Source: the human T2T-CHM13v2.0 reference genome, Homo sapiens. Taken from it: 64,000 bases of DNA. Where the stretch lies: NCBI RefSeq assembly GCF_009914755.1, contig NC_060930.1; one strand, given 5' to 3'. A program made the position numbers and the translations under genes. This document shows positions 42,842 through 64,000 of this stretch, one piece after another. The notes below the pieces were generated by a model. It was given only the letters and a program-made list of their open reading frames with translations. It made no database searches and was not told the DNA's origin. Each line of letters begins with the position of its first letter. Within the stretch, counting starts at the first letter, position 1.

Positions 42842-43925
42842 TTAACTCTATCAATACAATTTACATGGTAGGTAATTGGTATTCACTGAAAATTCTTTCA
42901 CCTTTGCTTTATGTTTTAGAAGTTTTATGACAAACTGCTGGGGAGGAAAAAGGGAGAGGGAAAAATTTTGTACTTCTGCTGATAACAGAGACCAGAAATA
43001 CCACTGGCTTAAACAAAACAAGGGTTTTCTTGTTTTTTTTGTTTTGTTTTGTTTTGTTTTCATGTAAAATCAATTCAGGTGGTTGCAGTCCAGGGCTGAT
43101 CTGGCACCTCAGAGGTGTCATTCATGCCCCAGACTGCTTCTGACTTCATTCTCTGCTGTCTCTGCATGTGGCTTCCAATGTCAAGGTTGCCTCATGGTCC
43201 CAGGAGGGCCGCTGCACCTCCAGGTCAAAAGCCTACATCGCAGGCAAGAGGAAGAGGAAGTACAGAGAGTGTACCCTCACACTCCCAGCTCTTTTGGCCC
43301 CTCCTTTGAAGGATCTCTTGGAGAAGCATAAGCCCACAGCTGTCACCTACAAAACACTGGTTCCAACTTTGTCCCTTGGTCTCTGCTATCTACCAGATGG
43401 AAAAGAACGTTGTAGTACCTAAGAAAATTAGGCCTTATCACCAAGAAGAAAGGGGGAATGCATGATGCAGAAGGGACCAGCCATCTCAATCAGATACTAC
43501 ACAGTCTAAATTCAAACATTTACAATATAATTAAATTGCATCAGCCCCAGTCACATCTTAGCCTTAGGAACTTCGATCATTGACTTGCAATCCCAGAAAG
43601 TCTGTTTTGAGGTCCTAGGCCACAGGAAGAACCAATTTGTTTTATAGACATCTTACAGAGACAGCATTCACAGTTTATCTAGAGTCTGGCCTCAGAGAAT
43701 ATGTACTCCACTGGCAGCAGGAGAAACAAATACACAGGAAAATACAGTGTAGCACAGAACAGGAGCTGAGGGTGAATGGAGATGCTCAGAAACACCTGCA
43801 CTAAAAATTTGCTGAAAAAGGTAAAACGTGTCAAGCAGCACTGCCTCTGGAAGCCAGAAAAATTACATTTTTTGATAACAGATCCTAAGCCTGGATGCTG
43901 GAGGTGCTTAAAAATGTGCATTGTG

Positions 43926-44213
43926 GGCCGGGTGCAGTGGCTTAAGCCTGTAATCCTAGCACTTTGGGATCTGAGGAGGGAGGATCACTTGAGCTCAGGA
44001 GTTTGAGACCAGCCTGGCCAATATGGCAAAACCCTGTCTCTACTAAAAATACAAAAAGTAGCCGGGCATGGGGCGAGCACCTGTAATCCCAGTTATTCAG
44101 GAGCTGAGGCAGGAAAATCACTTGAACCTGGGAGGCGAAGGTTGCAGTGAGCCAAGATCCTGCAACTGCACTCCAACCTGGGTGACAGAGTGAAACTCCG
44201 TTTCAAAAAAAAA
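43926..44213 (+). mobile_element. Alu about 300 bp upstream of the BTN3A1 promoter
   Basis: TSD GTGCATTGTG; empty site at about 7140. Confidence 0.9.
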
Positions 44214-44527
44214 GTGCATTGTGTCTGGTTTTCTTTCCATTCATACGTTTATTTGACTCTGTAGTAAAATCTCCTCCTCCTCCATGTACCCATATTCATG
44301 CAAGCAAATGTTAGCAAACTGCCACAGTAGCATTTTAATTAGTGCTCATCTTTCTCTCTTCACCACATTAAAATCTTTTCCCATTGTGTTCTGCTGATAT
44401 TTCTATTATGATAAAAGACTTAAGACAAGTGACTATATAGAAATACGTATATACACACAAGAATGAAAGAGATAAACAGTAAGGGAGGTAGGGCAGGAAT
44501 TTTTCTTCAACGTGTACAATTCAATGT

Positions 44528-44605
44528 ACTTTCAGTTTTCATTTCAGCCTTCCTCAGTGGTTTCTGCCCAGCAACTGATGAGAAACATCACCTCTGAGCC
44601 AATCA
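44528..44605 (+). promoter_or_regulatory. BTN3A1 promoter: ISRE/IRF-like site, RFX X1 box and CCAAT box
   Basis: Same motifs and spacing as 7473-7550. Confidence 0.8.
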
Positions 44606-44649
44606 AAAAACTTATTCTTCCAAAGAGAGATTGTTATTATTCCTCACGA

Positions 44650-44776
44650 TGACCCGACAGTCTCTGCTTTCTTTTTCCTTTCTTCCAGAAGGAGATTTAA
44701 CCATAGTAGAAAGAATGGAGAACTATTAACTGCCTTTCTTCTGTGGGCTGTGATTTTCAGAGGGGAATGCTAAGAG
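44650..44776 (+). other. BTN3A1: BTN3A1 non-coding exon 1 (5' end approximate)
   Basis: Donor TAAGAG|gtgagt at 44777; next acceptor tttttacag| at 47735. Confidence 0.75.
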
Positions 44777-45431
44777 GTGAGTGGGGGAAGTCGATTAGAG
44801 CCTGGTTCACAATGCCTGGGAGGACAGGGGCTGAATCGCTGAGAGTGGTGAGTGGGCATGCAGGGAGAGTACTCACCCAGAGAAAGGGGTGTGTGCCTGA
44901 GGGGGTGCGCACGCACACATGTGGACACATGGAAAGGGGAGAAGTAGTGCAAAGAATAAAGACCTGCAGAGTTTGGGATTTGGTGAAGAAATAGTCTAAT
45001 TGCATGTTCTTAAGAACGTATTGTAGTCAGAAAAGGGCAAACAATCTTTAAAATCTGTTCTGGACAACTCAAGGCATCTATTCTAAGAGATTCTAAAAAG
45101 AGGTGTCCTTTATAGATTCATATGTAAATTTGTTCATTACAGAAGTATTAAAAATGTAGAAAAACCTGAACCAGCATACATATACAACAGGCGGGGGATA
45201 GACAAACAATGCATGGTTCAATCATAAAAGAGATTTCCATGCAGCCTTTAGGAATCGTGTTTTTAATGAAGGGCAATTATTTATAATTTTAGCAATGTTA
45301 GATCCATACATTAAACCTTGTTTTAAAATCTTTTAGGAACAGTATGTGTTTTTCCTTTTATTCATCATTTCCCCCAAACCTAACGAATGCTATCCAATGG
45401 ATACAATCTATTTCATTGTATGAATATACAA

Positions 45432-45730
45432 TTTTTTTGTTTGTTTTGAGATGCAGTCTTGCTCTATCACCCAGGCTGGAGTGCAGTGGCATGTTCTCGG
45501 CTTACTGCAGCCTCTGCTTCCTGGGTTCCAGTGATTCTCCTGCCTCAGTCTCCTGGGTAGCTGAGATTACAGGTGCACGCCACCACACCCAGCTAGTTTT
45601 TGTATTTTTAGTAGATTCGGAGTTTCGCCATATTGTCTAGGCTGGTCTCAAACTCCTGACCTCAGGTGATCTGCCCACCTCAGCCTCCCAAAGAGCTGGG
45701 ATTACAGGCGTGAGCCACCACACCCAGCCT
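45432..45730 (-). mobile_element. Alu in BTN3A1 intron 1
   Basis: Reverse Alu. Confidence 0.9.
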
Positions 45731-47927
45731 TTAAAATTATTTTTAAACACTTCCCTAGTTTGGACTATTTCTCTTTTCTGCATTTGGCTATTGTAGATTT
45801 TACTGTATTGAGCAGCCTAAAACATAAATTTTTGTCTTAGTTCCTGATTTTCTTTTTTCTGCAACACTAATTCCTACAAGTGGAACATTTGGGTCAAAGC
45901 ACACACCTTTTTTTTTTCTTTTAATAGCCATTCCTTAGCAAAGCATATAACTTTTTTTAAGGCCCTTTATATATATATGGTCAAAATACTTCCAGAAATA
46001 TTTACCTTTTCACTACCAAAGTATATGACTACTACTATAGATATTTTATTTTATTTATTGATTGATTTGTAGAGATGGGGTTTCATTATGTTGACCAGGC
46101 TGGTCTTGAATTCCTGGGCTCCAGGGATCCTCCCATCTCAACTTCCCAAATTGCAAGGATTACAGGCATGAACCACTACTTAAACTTGTATTCCTTTATG
46201 CTTTTTTTCATTTGCAATATTGACTATAATCAGGAAAAAAAATATATCCTTTATGAAGAAGAAAAACTTATGTCTCATTCTAAGGACAGCAGAGAAATTG
46301 TTAACTCAGGGAAAATGATAATAAAAATGATACCCCCTCTATAGCAACATAAAGAGCAGTTTCGAGGAGCAAAAGATGTGGTGAAATGCATTGTTTACTC
46401 TGGGTGGGTGCAAGATCCAGGCAGGGGTGAAGCATGGCCGGCTGCACAGATCTCTGTTCTCTTGTTTCCTTTACATCCCTCCCCACCTCCCTCTGCAGAT
46501 CTTGTTCTCAGAGGCCATTCCCAGACCCACAGCAAGAGGGATTATGGCTGCAGGCCTCATGCTCCTTTGTTTTGGAAGAAACTGTTGAGGAGTTAGTATT
46601 TACTGAGCAGCTAATATGTTCCCGTCACTATTGTAACTCATAATAATTATTGTTAAGTAATACACGAAAAGTTTTAAATTTAAAGCATTCCAATATTTTA
46701 AAAGTAAAGGGAACAAAAGGCCAAGTGTCCCTTCACTCACTAACCTCTGATCTTCAGATTAGCATGCGTCTTTTTTGAGTTTTTCAGGCATTTACATAAA
46801 TAGTTATGCAGAAATGGATAGCTTTGCTTCTGTTCTTCAATTGAATCTTTAGTATAGTTGTGCAAGGTGTTTTTTGATCACTTAGTGTGTCTCCGTTATC
46901 TAGGTTCATGACAACAAATCAACTCTTTTTACCTGCTGCATTGAATTCCCTCCGAGGGATGAGCCGTCATTCCTCTAAGCAGTCTCCTGATGGGTGGCTG
47001 GTTCAGTTGGTTACCATTTTTATACTTTAAAAATAGTGCTGCAGTGTCATTCTCACAGAGGCTTCTGTCTGCACCCATGCAAGTACTTTGCTCGACTTGA
47101 CATCAGGAAGTGGAACTGCTGGGCCAACTGTGCAATTCTAAATTTCACACTTCATGATATTGTATAAGTAAATAAAGTTGCAATGGTTTTGTCCCATGTC
47201 TGAGACCAAAGAGCTTGTGAATCTTAGAGCCTTTACTTATTGCTTACCCTCTTTGTGTCCCTAACCCTTATATCATGGGCCTGGCCCCTTGTGGGTGCTT
47301 GGTAAATATTTGTTGAATGACTTTATGAAGGGAAGAAAGAAAAGGTAAGTAAGGCCTGGTCTTATTTGCAGCTCTGTGATCACTAGCCTTGGATTAAATG
47401 TGGTGGGTTCAGCCCCTGACTGACTTCAGGTCCCCCACCAAGCAGTCTTCCTTAATCCTACCAGGAGTCCACTAGGCCATGAGTTGACCATGGTGATGGC
47501 CAAGAGTTGGGGCTTTGAGGAGTCCACAGTGTGGGACACCCACAGCGGTCGACCCCGGTGGAACCAGGGAGCCCAGTGAAGAGTGTCCTGCATGAATCAG
47601 AGGGGGATTGTGGTGGGTTGGACTTGGCAGGGGAAGTTTGGGGAAGTCATAGGATTCTGAATATTGTTAAACAGTACAGTGAGGATTTTCTGATCGAATA
47701 ACAGATGTGCATTTCACATAGACATGTTTTTACAGGTGATTTTCAATGTTGGGACTCAAAGGTGAAGACACTGAAGGACAGAATTTTTGGCAGAGGAAAG
47801 ATCTTCTTCGGTCACCATACTTGAGTTAGCTCTAGGGAAGTGGAGGTTTCCATTTGGAATTCTATAGCTTCTTCCAGGTCATAGTGTCTGCCCCCCACCT
47901 TCCAGTATCTCCTGATATGCAGCATGA

Positions 47928-56056
<8,129 letters not shown>

Positions 56057-57030
56057 AAAGAAGAAGAGAGTTCCTCCAATTCTGACCGAGTGCTGATCAT
56101 TCCCTAGAGACACCAGTAACCCCGGGCTTAGCTAACGAAAGTGGGGAGCCTCAGGCTGAAGTAACTTTTCTCTGCTTCTCCCTGCCCAGCTCAGAGCTGA
56201 GGGCCTCCCCCTCCACAGCAACCAATCACAACCATAAAGCTACAAGCACGCACTGAAGCACTTTACTGATACTCATTCAATTATTCATATGACAGTTGTT
56301 TGAGTTTGGTACCATCTTATTTTCCCCTTATACAGATAAGGAAACTGGGGTGCAGAAAAGTGAATTGACTACAAAGTAGACATGACTAGTTAACAACACA
56401 GCTGGGATCTAAACAGCAATAACTAACATTAATGGAGAACTTAAAATGCTCTGAGTGCTGTGTTATGAGCTTTGGTGGATGTCACTCCTTTAATCCTCGC
56501 AACACCCTGTCGGGTAGTCTCATTTAGCAAGTATGGAAGTTGAGGCAGGGCAACATTAAGCAACTTACATAACTCATGCAGTAATTTCTGCAGTTGGGAG
56601 ATGTTCAGCTTCAGTCCCCGGCCCTATGGCCGTTCTTTTCCACCCTGTTTCTTCCCCCATAGGAAGAACCCACCTGTAGCCCTGAGGTTCTTTTCCCAGG
56701 ATGGCTCCAGGATAAGGATCACTGTAGGTGGTTGTGGAGTTGACACCCCTGTTGACTCCTTCCCAGCTGATTGTCAGAGCCTTAGACCCAGCACGCCTTG
56801 GATTAGCTCTGCAGAGTGTCTTGGTTGAGAGAATAACCTCACCGTACCCACATGACACGTGATTTGGAAAGAGACTAGAGGCCACACTTGATAAATCATG
56901 GGGAACAGATGTGTTCCACCCAACAAATGTGATAAGTGATCATGCAGCCAGAGCCAGCCTTCCTTCAATCAAGGTTTCCAGGCAGAGCAAATACCCTAGA
57001 GATTCTCTGTGATATAGGAAATTTGGATGA

Positions 57031-57348
<318 letters not shown>

Positions 57349-57549
57349 TTACAGGGATATTTTTAATCCCGTTATGGACTCTGTCTCCAGGAGAGGGGTC
57401 TATCCACCCCTGCTCATTGGTGGATGTTAAACCAATATTCCTTTCAACTGCTGCCTGCTAGGGAAAAACTACTCCTCATTATCATCATTATTATTGCTCT
57501 CCACTGTATCCCCTCTACCTGGCATGTGCTTGTCAAGTTCTAGTTGTTC

Positions 57550-57555
57550 AATAAA
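57550..57555 (+). terminator. BTN3A1 polyadenylation signal
   Basis: AATAAA, paralogous to 20662. Confidence 0.7.
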
Positions 57556-59604
57556 TTTGTTAATAATGCTGACTCTTCAACTTGGCTTTTTCTAGACTCT
57601 AATAAGTCTACTCGGCACAGTAGAATAGTCCACACACCCACTGTACTCCCCACAGTTTCAGTTTACCTCATTGCAGTGTTTTCACAAAACCTTTATTGTA
57701 TGTGTTTTCTACTGCTGCTATGATGAATTAGCACAAATTCTTAGACTTAAAGCAACACAAGTTTTTGGTTCAAAGTTCTATAGGTCAGAAGTCCAACAGG
57801 GATCTCACCAGACTAAGATCAATGTGTCTGCATGCTGGATTCTTTTCTGGAGGCTCTAGAGAGCAATATGTTTTCTTGTTTATTCAGATTGCTGGCAGAA
57901 TTCAATTTTTGCAATTACAAGACAGAGGTCCCAGTTGCTTACTGATTTACAGCTGAAGGCTGTTCCCATCCCTAGAGGCTGCTGTTTTTTGGCTCGCAGC
58001 TCCCTTCTTCAGTCTTCAAAGCAGCAATTATGCATTGAGGACTTGTCAATCTTTGAAGTTTTTCTGGTTCTTTTTCCATTGCACCTCTCTGATTCTTCTG
58101 CCTTCTACTTTTGAGAACTCCTGTGATTCGATTAAGTCCACCCAGATAATTTAGAATAATCACTAAATTTTAAGGTCCATAACCTTAATTCTATAAGGTC
58201 CATTTTGCCATGTTATATATCATTGTCACATGTTTCACAGTAAACATCACTAGGTGTGTATGGAGGGAAGAGCACTATTGAAGCTACCACTTATTTGGGA
58301 AATCATCCCAGGAAACACAAGTGCAGAAATAGTGAATCACAGAAGGGGGAAAGCCAGTTGTGTGAGGAATGGCACAAAGAGGTCATTAATGAGTCACCAT
58401 ATGGACAACTCGGCTTGTCCCACCCAGGACACTGTAAGAAACTATATGAAATTGTGGAATATATGTCAGAATCTTCCTAAGGGCTGGGGACCCTTGTACA
58501 TTTATCAACACCTCCCATCCTCTTTTGCTTAAATCGGTTGAAGGTTGCCCCTGGGAATGTTAGTTCTGCTGTACTTCAAGGTTGGGTTGTGCATCTGCAG
58601 AAAAAAAAGCAAATATCACTGGTGTTAGAGAAAGCGGAGGAGGAGAGACACAAATAACTGAGGTCAGACATTGTTATCCTTGAAGGAAACTGTGTTCCTC
58701 CACTATTGGCAAATTGTAATAGGCCAAGAGAATATGGAATGGGGCATCAACCGCATCTGTTCTAAGGGCTCTGCTTCTGAGAATATAATCAATGCCTTTC
58801 AAGGTCCCTCTGCCCTCCCTGCACCACATTCATTTAGCATTAGTGACCTCTTGTGTTCCAATACATGTCTGTATAGCATGGCCCTGCAGCCTCACCACAT
58901 GGACTGGGTCTGGGATGGACACCTGACCCAGGCTAGGGCAGAGGACCTTCAAGTGACATGTGACTAGCTACACCTGTAGCAGGTGTGCATGGGAGTTGTG
59001 GGAAGAACTCTTCCACTCACATTATGGTCCAAAAGAGGAGAAGAAGTTGAACTGCAGAAACAGAACACCAAAGAACATGTGCAGAGAGGAAACTTGAAGA
59101 TGGAAGCAGTTTGGGCAATTTTCTCATCTTTTTTTCCCTTGAGGTCCCAGTATCATTCTAGCATGTTCTGGGCAATTTGTTCTCTTGAGACAAGGTAAAT
59201 ATATTGACTAATATTGTTGAAGTATGGAAAATTAGCAACTTGCACAACCATTGCACTATGCTCATTGATTCTGTGAGTCGGAATCTGGAATATGTAAGGG
59301 GCAAAGTAGGAATGGTTTTTCTCTTCAACAAAAAGTCTGGGCCTCCCCTGGAAGGACTCCATAGCTAGAGGTGACTCAAAAAAAGAGACATGCCCAAATT
59401 GCCGTCAAAAATTGAAACTCATTTGCAAAGCAAAAAGGGATCAGTGTTCAGTCTGGGTCCTGGTTTTCCCAGGGGTCCCATGTACACCAGATCCACAGAG
59501 AACCTTGCTGAAGTGACGCTTCCTCTGTGCTTATCCCTCCCATGACAGGGAATGATTGTGTCAGGCTGTCACTATCTAATGTGGCACACTCCAGTAGAAC
59601 CTGG

Positions 59605-61916
59605 TGTATTAGTCTGTTTTCACACTGCTATGAATGACTGCCGGAGACTGGGTAATTTATAAAGGAAAGAGATATAATTGACTCACAGTTCTGCCTGGCT
59701 GGGGAGGCCTTAGGAAACTTACAATAATGGTGACAGGGGAAGCAAACATGTCCTTCTTCACATGATGGCAGGAAGGGTGAGTGCTGAGCAAAAGAGGAAA
59801 AAGCCCCTTATAAAACCATCAGATTTTGTGAGAACTCACTATCACAAGAAGAACAAGGAGGTAAACACTGCCAAGATTCCCAGCCCATGACACCTCACAC
59901 TGGTTCCCTCCCATGACATGTGGGAATTATGGGAACTATCATTCCAGATGAGATTTGGGTGGGGATACAGCCAAACCATATCATTCCGCCCCTGGCCCCT
60001 CCCAAGTCTTATGTCCTCACATTTCAAAACACAATCATGCCTTTCCAACAGTCCCCCAAAATCTTAATTCATTCTAGCATTAACCTAAAGTCCAAGTCCA
60101 AAGTCTCATCTGAGGTAAGGTAAGTCCCTTTCCCTTATGAACCTGAAAAATCAAAAGCAGATTAGTTACTTCCTAGATACAATGTGGGTGCAGGCATTGG
60201 GTGAATACACCCATTCCAAATGGGAGAAACTGGCCAAAACAAAAGGGCTATGGGCCCCATACAAGATCAAAATCCAATAGGACAGTCATTAAACTTTAAA
60301 TTCCCAAAATAATCTCTTTTGACTCCATGTCTCACATCCAGGTCACACTGAGGTAAGAGGTAGGCTCCCATGGCCTTAGGCAGCTCCACCCCTATGGCTT
60401 TGCAGGATACAGCCCCCCTCCCAGCTGCTTTCACAGGCTGGCATTGAGTGTCTGCTGCTTTTCCAGGTGCAAAGTACAAGCTGTCAGTGGATTACCATTC
60501 TGGAATCTGGAGGATGATGGCCCTCTTTTCATAGCTCCACTGGGCAGTGCCCCAGTGGGGCCTCTGTGTGGGGGCTCTAACCCCACATTTCTGTTCCAAA
60601 CTGCCCTCGCAGAGGTTCTCCATGAGGGCTCTGCTCCTGCAGCAAACTTCTGCCTGGACATCCAGCTGTTTCCATACATCCTCTGAAATCTTGGCAGAGG
60701 TTCCCAAACCTCAATTCTTGACTTCTGTGTACCTGCAGACCCAACACTATGTGAAAGCCACCAAGGCTTGGCACTCGTACCCTCAGAAGCAACAGTCTGA
60801 GCTATACATTGGCCTCTCTTAGCCATAGCTGGAGCTGAATCAGCTGGAACTGAGGGCACCAAATCCCTAGGCTGCACAGAGCACTGGGGGACCCTGGCCC
60901 CAGCCTAGGAAACCATTTTTTCTCCCAGACCTCTGGATCTGTGATGGAAGGGTCTACCAGGAAAACCTCTGACAGGCCCTAGGGGCATTTTCCCCATAGT
61001 CTTGGTGATTAACATTTGATTCCTTGTTACTTATGCAAATTTCTGCAGCCAGCTTGCCTTTCTCCTCAGAAAATGGATTTTTCTTTTTTATCAAATCATC
61101 AGGCTGCAAATTTTTCAAACTTTTATGCTCTGCTTCCTCCATCACTGTGAAGCCATTGCTAGTGTATTACTTGCAAGGTTTTGGATTGAAGTGAAAGGGA
61201 ATTGTAGGCTTCCAGGCGAAGCATTTAGACATTTGAGGGGAATATTGACAATAGTTGCCACTTAGAAATTTCTTTCGCCAGATACCCCAAATCGTCACTC
61301 TGAAGTTCAAAGTTCCACAGAACTCTAGGGCAGGGACAAATGCCACCAGTCTTTTGTGCATAGCAAGAGTGACCTTTACTCCATTTCCCAACAAGTTCCT
61401 CATCTCTATCTGAGACTACCTCAGCCTAGACTTCATTGTCCATATCACTATCAGCATTTTGGTTAAAGCCATTCAACAAGTCTCTAGGAAGTTCCAAACT
61501 TTCTCACATTTTCCTGTCTTCTTCTGAGCCCTCCAAACTGTTCCAACCTCTGCCTGTTACCCAGTTTCAAAGTCACTTCCACATTTTCGGGTATCCTCAT
61601 AACAGCACCCCACACTACTGGTACCAATATACTGTATTAGTCTGTTCTCATGCTAGTATGAAGGACTGGGTAATGTATAAAGGAAAGAGGTGTAATTAAC
61701 TCACAGTACCATGGCTGGAAAGGCCTCAGGAAACTTACAATCATGGCAGAAGTGGAAGCAAACACGTCCTTCTTCACATGATGGCAGGAAGAAGAAGTGC
61801 TGAGCAAAAGGGGGGAAAGTCCCTTATAAAATCATCAGATATCCTGAGAACTCACTATTATGAGAACAGCATGGAGGTAACTGCTCCCATGATTGCCCCC
61901 ATGCCAAACCATATCA
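59605..61916 (-). mobile_element. Full-structure THE1 (ERVL-MaLR) element: LTR 59605-59983, internal region, LTR 61633-61916
   Basis: Both LTRs read TGTATTAGTC...GCCAAACCATATCA; 5-bp TSD CCTGG (59600-59604, 61917-61921); empty site at 22986. Confidence 0.92.
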
Positions 61917-63679
61917 CCTGGTTTCTTGCTAAGCTACCTGATGAGCAATAAACCCTCTTGTTGCCTAGAACACACATATTTCCGAATGGCTCAGGTCAAC
62001 TTTGGCAGAGGGTGAAACCTGGCTTAGCTGGATACTTCTGGCACAAGCTGCTTCAGAAGCCCTGGACATTATATCTTCAGATAAAAAAACTGAAGCCAGA
62101 TCTTAGCCTGAGTTTTGTATACTTACAGTGTCCACTTCTGTTTATTCCAAAGAACAGTCCAGGCTTGGCTGGAATGATCCAATACTTCCTATGATTTTAT
62201 CCTCATTAGCCACTCAACCTAGAATCCAATTTTAATTATACTCCAGAAGCATCAAGTGGTAGGTGAGGCTGCCGTTTCAGAAAGGGACAGTATAAGGGTC
62301 AGTCCAATTGAAAAAGCAGTTCTCAGGACTTGCTTTAGCTCATTCTCATCATAGAGCTTTCTCTGCAGAAGGAACCTACTGGGTCCTCCTTCCTGGTCCT
62401 TGAACTTCTGACCTAGAGTGGCTTAATCCTGCTGCCACCTCTCTCTCACACTCTGATGCCGAATGATTCCAGGAACTGGGCCATGCTCTGGTGGGAATGA
62501 CCTTACCCTGAGCATGTCATTCATGCATTGAACAGCAGCTGAGAGCAGAGCTAAGGCTGATCCCTATAAGGAGAGAAGAATCACATCCTGCAGAAGTCAG
62601 TCTAGAAGAGCAGGTACTGTAGCCACAGCAAAGACACAGTTGATACCTGAATAACAATAATACAAGACAGGATATGGGAACAGCAAAAGATTTGGGTGTC
62701 AGAAGAGGCTGAGAACACTTCAGGCAGGAACATTCAGAGTTGTTCTTGGAGGAAGTAGGCACGAAGGCTGGGCAGGATTTCACGGGGCAGAGATGGAGCA
62801 AACAATTCAAGTGAAAGGCATGGCATGGGAAAGGGAGCGCTGGCCACAGGGAGTGCAACATTGTGATGCAAGGCCACTGTGGAGCCATTGCTAGCGTATT
62901 AACTGCAAAGTTTTGAATTGAATCAGAAGGTAATTGGAGGCCTCCAGACTAAGCATTTAGACACTTGAGGGACATATTCACAACTGAGCCTCGGGAAGAT
63001 TATTCTGCAAGATATCTCTACAATGACAAGATTTAGTCTGTGGAAAAGGGATTTTTTTTTGGAGGGAAGAGGGTATGTGTGCCAGTGTGTATGTGTGTGT
63101 GTGTGGTCCTTGGACTCAACCCCACCACCTACTGGCAGAAAGTCAAGGCCAGCTAGAAAGTTTTGTTCACTTCTATCTTCTGTCCCTACCAGAATGCCAC
63201 CTGCCTGAGGGAAAGGGTTTTTGATCATAACTCAGGATTCTCAGCACCTCTTATCCGATAGCTTTGGAATGAATGACAAGGCCTTCATAACAGCCACTGC
63301 AACTGCTGTCTCCTTTCCTTTGCTACCCCTCCCGCTCCAGCCATGCCTGCTTCCCCCAAGACCTTCCGTGCTCCAGGCCCAAACTCCAAAGCCAGCAACT
63401 TAGACAAGAGTCCTCTGGCTTTGGAAAGAGGGCGGCTTTTGTTTTCCTCCTCATGTTTCCTCCCCAGCAAAATCTCCCTCTACATAGAGAAGCCTCTCCT
63501 TGTGGATAGTAGCAAAGCCACCAACCTTGGGGACCAGCCTTGGGAATCTCAAGGCTTGAGAGAGAGAGAGAGAGGAAAGAAAAAGTATCTTGCTTTCGAA
63601 CAAACAAAAAGGAAATAAAAAGACCCGATAATCTCAAAAGGTTACTTGCTGCTTGAAATTTTTGATTCGGTGTATTCTA

Positions 63680-64000
63680 CCTAGTAACTGCTGAGAAATA
63701 AGGCTCGACACCATTGGCTGGTTCACTCACACCCGGCCAATCCTGGACTCTAAAATACTTAGGGAAATCTTGGGACACTGTGGAAGCCCAGAGAATCTGA
63801 TCCCGGGTCCCACAACTTCACATATCGCGAGTAAGTGGGAGGCAAAGAAAATTCTTTTTCTCCTCTTTTGGGACAGTTTGTGACTAGTAGTGCCTGTGCC
63901 CCTGGAAAGGTTGGAGACTTGGGGGACGACTGGAGAATTGCCATTTGAGGACCAAAGGAGAAAAGAAACTACACGCTAATTCTAGAAGGTAGGAAAGGGA
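63680..64000 (+). promoter_or_regulatory. Promoter X-Y module and first exon of the next BTN2A paralogue (probably BTN2A3P by gene order)
   Basis: CCTAGTAACTGCTG 63680-63693, ATTGG 63713-63717; colinear with BTN2A2 25377-25689; coding part lies outside the window. Confidence 0.7.

Noticed and set aside
59693-59710. PRDM9 hotspot 13-mer position in the THE1 LTR
   Set aside because: Reads CCTCCCCAGCCAG on the minus strand, not the CCTCCCTNNCCAC hot variant.
60267-61699. ORFs within the THE1 internal region
   Set aside because: Short, fragmented MaLR remnants with no recognisable gag/pol motifs.

Overview
Human (primate) genomic DNA from the butyrophilin cluster of the extended MHC class I region (6p22). 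Three complete multi-exon genes lie on the + strand, each rebuilt exon by exon from GT/AG junctions: BTN3A2 (CDS 10557-16739, 334 aa, no B30.2), BTN2A2 (26186-35331, 523 aa) and BTN3A1 (47928-56056, 513 aa). The promoter and first exon of the next BTN2A paralogue (by gene order probably BTN2A3P) sit at the right edge. The window is an old tandem duplication of a [BTN3A+BTN2A] unit (3318-25689 vs 37658-64000), patched by gene-conversion tracts and by copy-specific Alu/THE1 insertions. The locus itself is well known, and no wholly new system is evident. The most striking observation concerns BTN3A2. Its 3' UTR still holds an uninterrupted B30.2 exon with an intact acceptor. Its two splice/frame lesions (+20 nt and +1 nt) cancel, so a single TGA separates the mRNA from a full-length B30.2-bearing reading frame. 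Repeat family calls and identity levels are by eye, not computed.
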